A stretch of DNA of 64,000 nucleotides from a virus: positions 96,001 to 160,000 of the IMG/VR virus record IMGVR_UViG_3300045988_177154. One strand, given 5' to 3'. Positions 49,219 to 58,727 of this stretch are shown piece by piece; positions within the stretch are counted from its first letter, which is position 1; every line of letters starts with the position of its first letter. The notes below the pieces were generated by a model. It made no database searches, was not told the origin of the DNA, and worked only from the letters and a program-made list of their open reading frames with translations. Both the position numbers and the translations under genes were made by a program.

Positions 49219-50562
49219 ATGAAAACATTAAAAGAACAACAAGTAACATCACTATCAGAATTGCTAAAAAATGCTAAAAAAGCAGAACAAACAGTTGAAC
49301 AAGATAATAATAAAGAAACTGCTGTTGACAGAGCAGCTAAAAATCTCAACTCATTGTTTAAAAAATATTGGACGCCCTTGTTTGATGAAAATAAAGAATA
49401 TCCAATGTGGAATGATGGTATCTTAATTTATTTTGGACAAGGAATGAACGATTATTTCAGGGTTAAACAAACTTCTATTAACAAAATAGTACTTGTTAAA
49501 TGCCCTGCAAGTAACAGAGTGACTTACCCAGATACAATAGCTAAATCTTACAATAAAATTCTTTTGATGATTATTACTCTTCATATGTACAAAGACTTTA
49601 AAAAGGAAGTTGATTTTTGTGAAATTCTCAAAGAGAGAAATATTAGGCATGCTATCAACAGTTTTCAAGATTTAATTGACCTAATTGGATTTGTTTCTTA
49701 TGAAACACTTAATGAAAATCATAAAAACAATACTATTGAAATTAAAAATTATAAGATTAAAATTTCTCCAACATTAGACTTCGCTAAGAATTATTATTAT
49801 AAATTATATTCTAGTAATATAAAGAATATTCGACAATATGTGAATGAAAATAGTGATTTTTCTGAAATTCTATTTGAGCGTTTAATGACTCACCAAGATA
49901 ATTTTGCAGAACTTAAAGAAACTATTAACCAGTTAGTTCAAGTTTATTCAGAAATGTGTGATATGCTTTTACCAAAATCAGATATTCAACAAATTAAAAA
50001 ACAATTTGATGTTCTCTGTAAAAAATATGATTTAGATAGCAATAATTATCGTGTTGCAGTAACTAACTGGCATAATTATAAATTTATCTTTTCTGTTGCA
50101 GAACGAGGTAAATGGGAATATGGAACTTTTGAGGAATACTTAAAAAATAATTCTAATTACCGTACTTTAAAAGCTAAAGAAAAAGGGAATACTACTTTTG
50201 ATTATCAAGATTTAGAAAACAAAATCAAAGCTCAAGCTTTTGAAAATTATGCAAAAGAATTTGCTCAAAAATTTTACGAAAAAAATAAATCTGAAATAGA
50301 AGAGCTTAAAAAAGTAAAATTTCTTCATAAGAGAAATTTAAAATTCAAAAATGAAGAACTCAGCATTTTTATTAACCAAGAATACTCTAGACTTCAAATT
50401 ACTTATAACAATTTTAAATTTTATAGAGTTGCTGGTAATATATACAATTTTACAATTGACTCTTTCACTGTTCATGATAAAATAATGGAATTATCATTTG
50501 AGGAAATTCAAAAACGCTTAGAATCTTCTGCTGAAGTAATTGAGAAATTTATAAATAGTTAA
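49219..50562 (+). CDS. hypothetical protein, paralog family C member 3
   Basis: 447 aa. Contains WTPLFDENKEYPMW and C-terminal VIEKFINS. Confidence 0.8.
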   Translation: MKTLKEQQVTSLSELLKNAKKAEQTVEQDNNKETAVDRAAKNLNSLFKKYWTPLFDENKEYPMWNDGILIYFGQGMNDYFRVKQTSINKIVLVKCPASNRVTYPDTIAKSYNKILLMIITLHMYKDFKKEVDFCEILKERNIRHAINSFQDLIDLIGFVSYETLNENHKNNTIEIKNYKIKISPTLDFAKNYYYKLYSSNIKNIRQYVNENSDFSEILFERLMTHQDNFAELKETINQLVQVYSEMCDMLLPKSDIQQIKKQFDVLCKKYDLDSNNYRVAVTNWHNYKFIFSVAERGKWEYGTFEEYLKNNSNYRTLKAKEKGNTTFDYQDLENKIKAQAFENYAKEFAQKFYEKNKSEIEELKKVKFLHKRNLKFKNEELSIFINQEYSRLQITYNNFKFYRVAGNIYNFTIDSFTVHDKIMELSFEEIQKRLESSAEVIEKFINS

Positions 50563-50577
50563 AAGGAAAGATAAATC

Positions 50578-51399
50578 ATGAACAGAACTATAAAAGATTG
50601 TGTTTATGGCCTTGCTGTTGGGGACGCTTTAGGAGTCCCCTTTGAATTTAGGCCTAGAGATTCATTTAATGCAACAACTATGACTTCAGGTGGTGTTTGG
50701 AACCAACCTATTGGAACTTGGTCAGATGATACTAGTATGACCATTGCTACTTGTGATGCTCTTAAAGAAAACAATAAAAAGATTGATTTAAAAGCAATTC
50801 AACGAAACTTTGTTATTTGGAAAGACTACGATTCTTATACAGCTCATAACAATACTTTTGATGTGGGCAATACAACTTCACAAGCTTTAGATAGAAGAGT
50901 TGGATTGGACGATTTATATTCTAATGGTAATGGAAGTCTAATGAGAATTGCTCCTTTAATATTTGTTGATTGTACAGATGAAGAAATTGCTCAAGTAAGT
51001 GCTATTACTCATGCTCATCAATACTCAATCGAAGCTTGTATCTTATATGTGAAAATAGGTAAAGAACTACTTAAAGGAAAAGATTTAAAGACAATACTAG
51101 ATGAATTAGATTGCTCAGACACTTTTGCCAGATTAAACAATCTCAAAAATTTAGATAGGGACTCTATCCAATCTGGTGGTTATGTTGTTCATACCTTGGA
51201 AGCTTCCTTATGGTGCATTTTAAACACTGCTACATACAGTAGTGCTGTGCTCACTGCAGTTAATCTTGGTGATGATACAGATACAACGGCTGCTGTTACA
51301 GGCGCTCTAGCTGGACTTATTTACGGGTACGAATCAATACCAAAAGAATGGATTGACACTTTAGCCAACAAAGAGTTAATTGATTCTTGCTTGTTTTAA
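50578..51399 (+). CDS. ADP-ribosylglycohydrolase (ARH/DraG family)
   Basis: Motifs GLAVGDALGVPFEF, WSDDTSM, GGYVVHTLEASLW, GDDTDTTAAVTGALAG. Confidence 0.85.
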   Translation: MNRTIKDCVYGLAVGDALGVPFEFRPRDSFNATTMTSGGVWNQPIGTWSDDTSMTIATCDALKENNKKIDLKAIQRNFVIWKDYDSYTAHNNTFDVGNTTSQALDRRVGLDDLYSNGNGSLMRIAPLIFVDCTDEEIAQVSAITHAHQYSIEACILYVKIGKELLKGKDLKTILDELDCSDTFARLNNLKNLDRDSIQSGGYVVHTLEASLWCILNTATYSSAVLTAVNLGDDTDTTAAVTGALAGLIYGYESIPKEWIDTLANKELIDSCLF

Positions 51400-51409
51400 A
51401 CAAAAAGAA

Positions 51410-51440
51410 AAAGATTTAGCACTATCTATGCTAAATCTTT
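51410..51440. terminator. bidirectional terminator between convergent genes
   Basis: aaagatttagc-actatctat-gctaaatcttt, flanked by an A-run and a T-run. Confidence 0.8.
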
Positions 51441-51441
51441 T

Positions 51442-51849
51442 TTAAGTAAATTCTATTAAATTTATTTTATAAGCAAGTTCTACAACTAATTGTTGCCCTA
51501 ATGACAATTCATTAAACTTCTTATCTTCCATTTTTTCAAGTTCATTTTTATATTTTGCTCTAATTTCTAACTTTCTTATTTCTTTTTCATATTCTGCTCT
51601 GTTACTAACTTGTTCAGCAACAATTTCTTTTACTTCATCTGAAATTGTGATTTTAACTTCATTATCTAGCAATCCATAAGCATAGCAAAACTTAATCAAT
51701 TCTTTTTCATCTTTAATAATGAAATGCTTTCTTTTATATCCTTTGGGTAATTTATCAAAATTGCTTATAGGGAACTTGTCATTCCTTGAATTTGCCCAAC
51801 GTGGAACAAGTCTACTTTGTCTTTTTAAATAACTTTCTTTATAATTCAT
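51442..51849 (-). CDS. hypothetical protein (135 aa)
   Basis: Minus-strand ORF with agagag upstream. K/E-rich. Confidence 0.65.
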   Translation of the reverse strand: MNYKESYLKRQSRLVPRWANSRNDKFPISNFDKLPKGYKRKHFIIKDEKELIKFCYAYGLLDNEVKITISDEVKEIVAEQVSNRAEYEKEIRKLEIRAKYKNELEKMEDKKFNELSLGQQLVVELAYKINLIEFT

Positions 51850-51920
51850 TTTACAAACTCTCTTTCTTATGTTACAATAGATATGTATAAATTATTATTC
51901 TAAAAATAAGAGGTATAAAC

Positions 51921-52187
51921 ATGACTATTTTAATTATCGGAATTGCTGTATTAGTAGGTATTTTCATTTTGGGCTATCTTTATAAAAATAGAAAAAAGAA
52001 TGAATCCAGCCAAGATAATCTTGAAGATTTTTCATTCACACCAGGTGTAGAATTAACTACTAATGTGAAGAAAAAATCTGAATTGACTCCAATGGAAAAA
52101 TCTACAGCTATTAAAACTTTGGAGAAATTGGGGTATAACAAAGCAGAAATCATTGGCTTGCTAGGAGAAGAAGTTTATGACAATTAA
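51921..52187 (+). CDS. small membrane protein (88 aa, single N-terminal TM helix)
   Basis: RBS aagaggt upstream. N-terminus MTILIIGIAVLVGIFILGYLY. Confidence 0.65.
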   Translation: MTILIIGIAVLVGIFILGYLYKNRKKNESSQDNLEDFSFTPGVELTTNVKKKSELTPMEKSTAIKTLEKLGYNKAEIIGLLGEEVYDN

Positions 52188-53439
52188 AATCGGCTTAATC
52201 CAAGGTAATGGAAAGGATTTAGTTGGTGGCGGTTCAATTCAATTAGAGTATAATCTATGGGCTGACTCACAAAATGACATTGAATTAACGAATTTTGTAG
52301 CAGTACCAAATGATGAAAAAACTAATTTCTATAATGAAAAAGAAATTTCAGGTAGAACATTAAAAAATGTAGTTGAATTTAATAATTCTTCACCAAATAC
52401 AATCTTTGACAACATGGATAAGTTGATTGTGCTAACTTATCCTTTTGCTGATTCTTTGGAAAATAAAGAAGAAACAGCTAATTGGTATAAAAACACTTTA
52501 AAACAATTTAAATCTAATAAAGATAAATGGCTAGGCGTTATTTGTTATGACTACAAAAAAGAAGTTGTTTTGAATAATCTTGGAGCACTTCATGTGGAGT
52601 TATATGAAATGGCTGACAAGATTTGGGTAAATAACAAATCAAATCCATTAGTTAATTATTTACTTGAAAATAGTAAAGTAACAATGAACCAATTTCATTT
52701 TACTTGCCCACAATTCATGAATGAAACCAAATTGGAATGGAAAAATCCTAAAGATAAAAAAATGAATTGGCTTTATTATCAAGGAAGAGCATTAGCTTGG
52801 AAAGGTTGGGATGCTTTACCTCATTTATCTCAATATTTAAAAGATTATTACTTAATCTTTAATGGAATGGGTACTATTAAAGGAGAATTTGACTCAATCT
52901 TTACAACAAGTTATGTTGAAGCAACTTATGATGTTAACTTAGCTGATAAAGACCGCATGGAATTTAATGCTATGTATGAGAAATACTTTGTAAGAAAAGA
53001 GAAAGAAACTTCAAAAGTTGAAATGTATGGTTTTTATGACCCGAAAACTGCTAATGAAATAACTTCTACTGCTGGATTTGCTATGTATTATACAATCTTA
53101 AATCCAGACCACAATTTCTTCCCCGAATACGCTCTTATTGATGCGATTAGAAATGGTACTGTTGTTATCTTGCCAAGTTGGTATTTCGACCCAGATAATT
53201 TTCTTGAACTTAGTGATTCGTTAAATAAATATACTAAAACTAGAATTATTAACGGAACACCTGAAGAAACAGGTTTCTTAACTTATGATTACAAGAACAA
53301 TGATTACTGGCAACTGCAACAAAAACTTGATGAATTACGTTCTAATCCTAATCTATATGAGCAATATAGAGAAAGAGCTTATAATTACATGATTAAAGAA
53401 CATGGAGCCAATAAGAAAATTAGAGAGTTTTTGAAGTAG
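52177..53439 (+). CDS. possible GT-B fold glycosyltransferase
   Basis: 420 aa. The C-terminal half (YYQGRALAWKGWD...FPEYALIDAIRNGTVVILPSWYF) resembles the nucleotide-sugar-binding half of GT1/GT4 enzymes. This is a weak, by-eye match. Confidence 0.35.
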   Translation: MTIKIGLIQGNGKDLVGGGSIQLEYNLWADSQNDIELTNFVAVPNDEKTNFYNEKEISGRTLKNVVEFNNSSPNTIFDNMDKLIVLTYPFADSLENKEETANWYKNTLKQFKSNKDKWLGVICYDYKKEVVLNNLGALHVELYEMADKIWVNNKSNPLVNYLLENSKVTMNQFHFTCPQFMNETKLEWKNPKDKKMNWLYYQGRALAWKGWDALPHLSQYLKDYYLIFNGMGTIKGEFDSIFTTSYVEATYDVNLADKDRMEFNAMYEKYFVRKEKETSKVEMYGFYDPKTANEITSTAGFAMYYTILNPDHNFFPEYALIDAIRNGTVVILPSWYFDPDNFLELSDSLNKYTKTRIINGTPEETGFLTYDYKNNDYWQLQQKLDELRSNPNLYEQYRERAYNYMIKEHGANKKIREFLK

Positions 53440-53454
53440 AAAGGAACTAATATA

Positions 53455-54330
53455 GTGGAAATAAATACAAAAACAGAATTATTAAGAGAAATTGAAGCAT
53501 TTACTAAAGCTCTTTATGAATATAGAAATATTGGCCCACTAATAATTTCTGAAAAAGAATATAATCCTTATTATGTTGAGAATGGTTATTTGAAACGAGC
53601 TGATTATAGTGGTGTTATTCTTGATGAAAATGCTTTCCTGGCTTTTTATGCAGTATTTTTTGATTCAATCAAATTAGATTCTAATGCAGGGAAAGTTTCT
53701 GATAGTGATTACTTCAATACTCTTTATTTTAAATATAAAGCAAAATATGAAAAAGAATCAAGTAATTTAGACCCATTTATGCAGATTGTCAGAAGTAATC
53801 AAGAAGATAAAAATAAATCAGTTGAAGATGAAGAAGCATATAGTGCAGTTGAAGGTTTTTTAGACCTTGTACTTAGACGAAAAATTCGTAAAAACATCAA
53901 ATCCAAAACTTCAAAAGATAAATCTCTGGCTCAAATAGTAAAAAAGGAAGATGATAACAAAGATTACAGGACAATAAGTTTTGTGGTAAGTTCTTTGTTA
54001 TCTTTCTCAACTGTAGTTTTGTGGACGTTTACTGGCTTTAATCCAATGACTGTAGCTTTTATCATTGTTATTGTTTTATGTTTATCCTCTTATACTATCT
54101 CTTGTTTTACTGTAAATAAATTAAGTAAATCAGAAAAAGAAGAATTAAAACAACTACCTAAAGATTTTAAAAAATATATCCTTGGTGATTACACTACTTT
54201 TAACGAAGAATTTTTCTCATATCAAATCTCAAGTTATATTGATAGTTTCTTCAAAGATAGTGTAGTTTACCATTATGTAAAAGAAAAATATACAAAAATA
54301 GAAAGTGGAAACAGTATTACAAATGAATAA
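53455..54330 (+). CDS. membrane protein, paralog family D member 1
   Basis: GTG start after gaaagga. N-terminal ELLREIEAFTKAL, two central TM helices, C-terminal YHYVKEKYTKIESGNSITNE. Confidence 0.75.
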   Translation: MEINTKTELLREIEAFTKALYEYRNIGPLIISEKEYNPYYVENGYLKRADYSGVILDENAFLAFYAVFFDSIKLDSNAGKVSDSDYFNTLYFKYKAKYEKESSNLDPFMQIVRSNQEDKNKSVEDEEAYSAVEGFLDLVLRRKIRKNIKSKTSKDKSLAQIVKKEDDNKDYRTISFVVSSLLSFSTVVLWTFTGFNPMTVAFIIVIVLCLSSYTISCFTVNKLSKSEKEELKQLPKDFKKYILGDYTTFNEEFFSYQISSYIDSFFKDSVVYHYVKEKYTKIESGNSITNE

Positions 54331-55180
54331 AAGAGAATTACTTTACGAAATTGATAAGTTTGATGAAGCATTACAAACTCATAAATACACTGAAGAGTTG
54401 ATTCCAATAGACAAGTATTATCCTTACAAGCTAGATGAAAGAGTTCTTGTAAGAAGTGATTTTGAAAGCAGTATCTGGGTTGAGGATTCATTCCTTATGT
54501 TTTATCAAACATTTTTTGATAAAATCAAGCTGAATGAAAATGCTCAACAAGTATCAAAGAGTAAATATTTTAATACGCTTTATCATGATTATCTTAAAGA
54601 AATAAAACAAGATACGTTTTTACAGTCACTTGGCGAAAACAAAAAGAATAAAAATGAAGCTCAGCCACTTGTAATTTTAAACTTCTTTTCCAATTTGCTT
54701 ATGTACAAAGGTCATGAAATTCAAGAAAAGTTAAAAAGTAAAGCTTCTCCTAAAAAACAATTGTTCAAAGTGATAAGTAGAAAGTATAATTATGAGGAAA
54801 CTATGCAACTAATTGGAATGATTGATGTTGCAATGTTAATAGCAATTTTTCTAACAATGTTAGTAAACATTGCTAATAAAGATAATTTTCTTGAATGGCT
54901 AGTACCAGTAACATTTATGGCTGTTATTCCTATAAATTTAGGGCTCCTTATATATTGGTTTACACATAAAACAACTAAAGAGGAAAATAACGAATTAAAA
55001 GACTTACCTGCTAATTTTAAATCATATGTTCACGGTGGGTTAATAATAACTAGTGAAGATTTCTTCAGTCCTATTACTTTTGATTATCTCGATTCATTCT
55101 TTAATGATAGTGAAGTTTATTTGTACTTGAAAAAGAAATACACCAAAATTGAAAGAAAGGATAATATAGCAAATGAATAA
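54323..55180 (+). CDS. membrane protein, paralog family D member 2
   Basis: ATG 54323 lies in the overlap AAATGAATAA with the upstream stop. ELLYEIDKFDEAL, two TM helices, YLYLKKKYTKIERKDNIANE. Confidence 0.75.
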   Translation: MNKRELLYEIDKFDEALQTHKYTEELIPIDKYYPYKLDERVLVRSDFESSIWVEDSFLMFYQTFFDKIKLNENAQQVSKSKYFNTLYHDYLKEIKQDTFLQSLGENKKNKNEAQPLVILNFFSNLLMYKGHEIQEKLKSKASPKKQLFKVISRKYNYEETMQLIGMIDVAMLIAIFLTMLVNIANKDNFLEWLVPVTFMAVIPINLGLLIYWFTHKTTKEENNELKDLPANFKSYVHGGLIITSEDFFSPITFDYLDSFFNDSEVYLYLKKKYTKIERKDNIANE

Positions 55181-56012
55181 GAATGAATTGATTAGCGAAA
55201 TATATGAATTTGAAAAAGAATTAGCACGAAATTATGATAGGAAATTATCCACTAGAGATAAATTCTCACCTTATTTTATAAATAAAGGCGTATTAGTTAG
55301 ACAAGTGTTTGATGGCCATGAAAATGTAGAAATAAATGCTAGAGATTTAAAAACAACTGAAGAGTTAATAACTTTTTATGAGAATTTCTTTAAATTAGTA
55401 GATAATGTGTATGAGAACACCTATAAATCATTAAAGGATAATTGTCAAAACTCAGATAGTAAATATTTCAACAAATTATCGTGCTTCTTAGCAGGCGGTT
55501 ATGACTCTTTTGAGAGAATCTATAACAATCATAACTCAGGTCAGACAGACTCATTATCTTTCATATTCAAAAAAAGATTTCAAAATGATTTTATTTATGA
55601 AGTAGATATAAAAGGGAAGACTTTGAGTAATTGGTATAAATTTGAATATAATAAATATTTTATAGCGTTTATGGGCGGTCTCATAGGTTTTATTGTGACT
55701 GGATTTTTCTATTTCTTATTTAATAATTTGATTGGAACATTAGTTTCAGGTGGTGTCTTTTCTTTTATTGTTGCTTTTGACATTATAAAAGCACAATACA
55801 CACTTAGAACCCATCATATAACTAAAATTGAAGAAGAGTTCTTTAGTAAAATTCATGACATATCTTCACAAGAACTTCTTAAATATATTAAACTTTGCAA
55901 ATACGAAAAGTATTTCAATGATTATTTTAAAGGTGATGTTCTGTATGAAGAATTAAAACGAAGATATAATATTAGCACTACTAATTCTGAAAATGAAATT
56001 GTAAATGGTTAG
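55173..56012 (+). CDS. membrane protein, paralog family D member 3
   Basis: Same AAATGAATAA overlap junction. ELISEIYEFEKEL, TM helices, YEELKRRYNISTTNSENEIVNG. Confidence 0.75.
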   Translation: MNKNELISEIYEFEKELARNYDRKLSTRDKFSPYFINKGVLVRQVFDGHENVEINARDLKTTEELITFYENFFKLVDNVYENTYKSLKDNCQNSDSKYFNKLSCFLAGGYDSFERIYNNHNSGQTDSLSFIFKKRFQNDFIYEVDIKGKTLSNWYKFEYNKYFIAFMGGLIGFIVTGFFYFLFNNLIGTLVSGGVFSFIVAFDIIKAQYTLRTHHITKIEEEFFSKIHDISSQELLKYIKLCKYEKYFNDYFKGDVLYEELKRRYNISTTNSENEIVNG

Positions 56013-56018
56013 AACTTA

Positions 56019-56047
56019 TTGACTTTATTTCAGCTTTAATATATAAT
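56019..56047 (+). promoter_or_regulatory. sigma-A type promoter
   Basis: TTGACT 56019-56024, 17-nt spacer, TATAAT 56042-56047. Confidence 0.7.
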
Positions 56048-56090
56048 ATAAACTATAGAAGTTAACAAGAAAGTAGGATTAAGGTGTTAA

Positions 56091-56891
56091 ATGAATAAAA
56101 GTGAATTGATTCATGAAATATATGAATTTGATAAAGAATTAACAGATTATGGACTGAAGAAAGAAATTAAATTACATAACAATTATTATTTGTGCTTTGG
56201 AACGTTACACCGTAAAATTGGTAATAATACAATCTTTGTTTCAGATTTGACCACATATAATAAAGAAAAAGAATTGTTAGCTTTTTATGAAACTTTTTTC
56301 CATGATTTAGATACATTAGATGAATACCGTGATGGAAGTTCTTACTTTGAGAAAGTGCTCAATTATATCAAAAGGAAAACATCTTATGATAAATTTGAAT
56401 TAGTTCATTCTGGCTTTGATAGTAGAAATGATTACAATAGCATTGAGTATCACTTCCAAGATAGCTACAATAAAGAATTTTTACCAGAAAGCAAAACTCA
56501 AAAAGAGGCATTAGAAAATAGACACAAATTATTCAAATTATACAATATTCTCTATTGGTCAGTTCTTGCAATTTTTGTTGCTTCGTGCGTTGTAGTAATC
56601 ACTTTTCTTTTTGGAAATATAAATGTTTTCTACAATCCATTCTTTACATTACTATTGATTTTGGGGATTTCATTGAAAATTTCTAGCAATCATGTCTATG
56701 AAAAGGTTGAAAAATATAGAACTATAGCTGACGATATAACTTATAAAATTGGAGATTTTGCAAAATTAAATCAAAGAGATTATTATAAAGACATTTATCA
56801 ATTCTATAAAGATGATTTATTCTTCAAAGAACTTCAAAAACAATATAATATAACTACAACACCAACAGGTAATCAAATCATAGGAGATTAA
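56091..56891 (+). CDS. membrane protein, paralog family D member 4
   Basis: ELIHEIYEFDKEL, two TM helices, FKELQKQYNITTTPTGNQIIGD. Confidence 0.75.
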   Translation: MNKSELIHEIYEFDKELTDYGLKKEIKLHNNYYLCFGTLHRKIGNNTIFVSDLTTYNKEKELLAFYETFFHDLDTLDEYRDGSSYFEKVLNYIKRKTSYDKFELVHSGFDSRNDYNSIEYHFQDSYNKEFLPESKTQKEALENRHKLFKLYNILYWSVLAIFVASCVVVITFLFGNINVFYNPFFTLLLILGISLKISSNHVYEKVEKYRTIADDITYKIGDFAKLNQRDYYKDIYQFYKDDLFFKELQKQYNITTTPTGNQIIGD

Positions 56892-56893
56892 AA

Positions 56894-57946
56894 ATGAACA
56901 GAACTTTAAAAAACACATACAAAAATAAAAAAGTATTTATTACTGGTATTACTGGGTTTAAAGGAAGTTGGCTTGCACTACTATTACATAGATTAGGAGC
57001 TGAAGTTAAGGGCCTTGGATTAGAACAATCAGAGAAAAATACTATTTTCTATAAAGGCGAAATTGAAAAAATTGCTAAGGTTTATATTCAAGACTTACGA
57101 GAAGAATTTTCAGATGAGTTAATTTCTGACATTCAAGAAGCAGATTATATTTTCCATTTAGCTGCACAACCAATCGTATCAGAAGGCTATCGTGACCCTT
57201 ATGGAACATTTAATACAAATGTTATGGGTACTGTTAAAATGCTAGAACTTGTTAAAAATTCTACTCATGAAGTGTCTTTTCTTAGCGTAGCAAGTGACCG
57301 AGTTTATGCTTCAGTTCCACACCCTCATGTTGAAACAGATTCAATGGCTGGATTTGAACCTTATTCATTATCTAAAGTATTTGATAATATGCTTGTAGAT
57401 ATGTATAGCCAAATGGACGGTGTGTCTGATAAAGTTAAATTTATTAACGCTCGTGCTTCAAATGTGCTTGGTGGCGGAGATAAAGGAATTAACCGTATTG
57501 TAACTTCAATTATGGATGCTGTTGAAAAAGGCGAAACACTCAAACTTAGAAACCCAGCATTTGTTCGTCCTTATCTTTATGTGTTAGATTGTCTTTCACA
57601 ATACTTGATTATTGCTTCTTATGGAACATATAATGCTTACAATATTGGTGCAGGTGAACATACAAGTGTTTCTGTACAAGAGCTTGTGGAGTCATTTATC
57701 AAACAAAGCTATCACAATTTGAAATGGAATAATACTGGAGAGCAATTTGGATTTGAAGGTAATACATTACTTGTAAATACTGACAGATTCCACAATGAGT
57801 TCCCTAAAGTAAATTCTGTATGTGATACTATTGATGATGTTGTTAATCGTATCTTGCTAATCAATAATGAATCAGACAAAGAACTTGCTAAACAAAAAGC
57901 AAATACTCTTATTGATGAAGCAATCTCTGTATATAATGAGTTTTAA
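56894..57946 (+). CDS. NAD-dependent sugar-nucleotide 4,6-dehydratase (CDP-glucose 4,6-dehydratase-like SDR)
   Basis: Rossmann motif VFITGITGFKGSWLALLL; catalytic YxxxK in PYSLSKVFD. Confidence 0.75.
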   Translation: MNRTLKNTYKNKKVFITGITGFKGSWLALLLHRLGAEVKGLGLEQSEKNTIFYKGEIEKIAKVYIQDLREEFSDELISDIQEADYIFHLAAQPIVSEGYRDPYGTFNTNVMGTVKMLELVKNSTHEVSFLSVASDRVYASVPHPHVETDSMAGFEPYSLSKVFDNMLVDMYSQMDGVSDKVKFINARASNVLGGGDKGINRIVTSIMDAVEKGETLKLRNPAFVRPYLYVLDCLSQYLIIASYGTYNAYNIGAGEHTSVSVQELVESFIKQSYHNLKWNNTGEQFGFEGNTLLVNTDRFHNEFPKVNSVCDTIDDVVNRILLINNESDKELAKQKANTLIDEAISVYNEF

Positions 57947-57958
57947 GGTATATTAACT

Positions 57959-58321
57959 ATGGATAAAATTTTAATTGAAATTTATAATTGTTATGGTAGT
58001 GATTGTAAAATTACTAAAAAAGTAAAAAGTTTGGTTATTGATTCTATTGAAGAACTTAAAAGTGGATTGGAATCTATTGGATATGATTGGATTTTAGAAG
58101 AAGTTTATAATGACTATGATTGGCTTGATGTTGACGAAAAAAGTGATTATGAGGACTTCATTAAAGGCAATACTTCATTTCTTTTAATAGAATGTGATGG
58201 TGATTGGGACGACCCGTTAGGTTGTAAATTAGTCCGTTACTCTTATGATGAAAAGATGAAAGAGCTTGATGAAGCTTATAAAACTCAAAAAGATGAAATA
58301 AATTTATTGTTTAGGGGTTGA
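57959..58321 (+). CDS. small acidic protein, paralog family E member 1
   Basis: 120 aa. Motifs ILIEIYN, SDYEDFIKGNT, GDWDDP, YSYDEKMKELDEAYKTQKDEINLLF. Confidence 0.7.
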   Translation: MDKILIEIYNCYGSDCKITKKVKSLVIDSIEELKSGLESIGYDWILEEVYNDYDWLDVDEKSDYEDFIKGNTSFLLIECDGDWDDPLGCKLVRYSYDEKMKELDEAYKTQKDEINLLFRG

Positions 58322-58346
58322 CAGTTCATTAAATATTTGATATAAT
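58318..58346 (+). promoter_or_regulatory. sigma-A type promoter
   Basis: TTGACA 58318-58323 (overlaps the upstream stop), 17-nt spacer, TG-extended TATAAT 58341-58346. Confidence 0.7.
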
Positions 58347-58377
58347 AAATTCATCAAATGAAAAGGTGGATTTAAAA

Positions 58378-58704
58378 ATGAAAAAATATTTAATTGAAAT
58401 TGCAGACGTAGTTTGTTATGATGAAGAAACAGAAATTGATAGTTTTGCTGTAAACTCACTTGAAGAAGTTGAAGCAGAATTATTAAAACGTGATTTGGAA
58501 TATATTTACCGTTACGGTAAAAAATCAGATTTACAAAAATTCATTAACGGGGAAACTACTGTTGCAACATTCCCTAAAAAACGTAATAGTGATGTATCTG
58601 AATTTTATTCAATTACTTGCTATTCCTACCAAGAGAAATTAGAAGAACTTGAACGAATATTCCAATTCGGAAAAGACAAATTAAACAAATTATTTGAAAT
58701 TTAA
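58378..58704 (+). CDS. small acidic protein, paralog family E member 2
   Basis: Start at ATG 58378, after aaaaggtgg. Motifs KKYLIEI, SDLQKFINGETTVATFP, YSYQEKLEELE. Confidence 0.7.
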   Translation: MKKYLIEIADVVCYDEETEIDSFAVNSLEEVEAELLKRDLEYIYRYGKKSDLQKFINGETTVATFPKKRNSDVSEFYSITCYSYQEKLEELERIFQFGKDKLNKLFEI

Positions 58705-58727
58705 ATTATAAGAAAGGCTGTTTAAAT

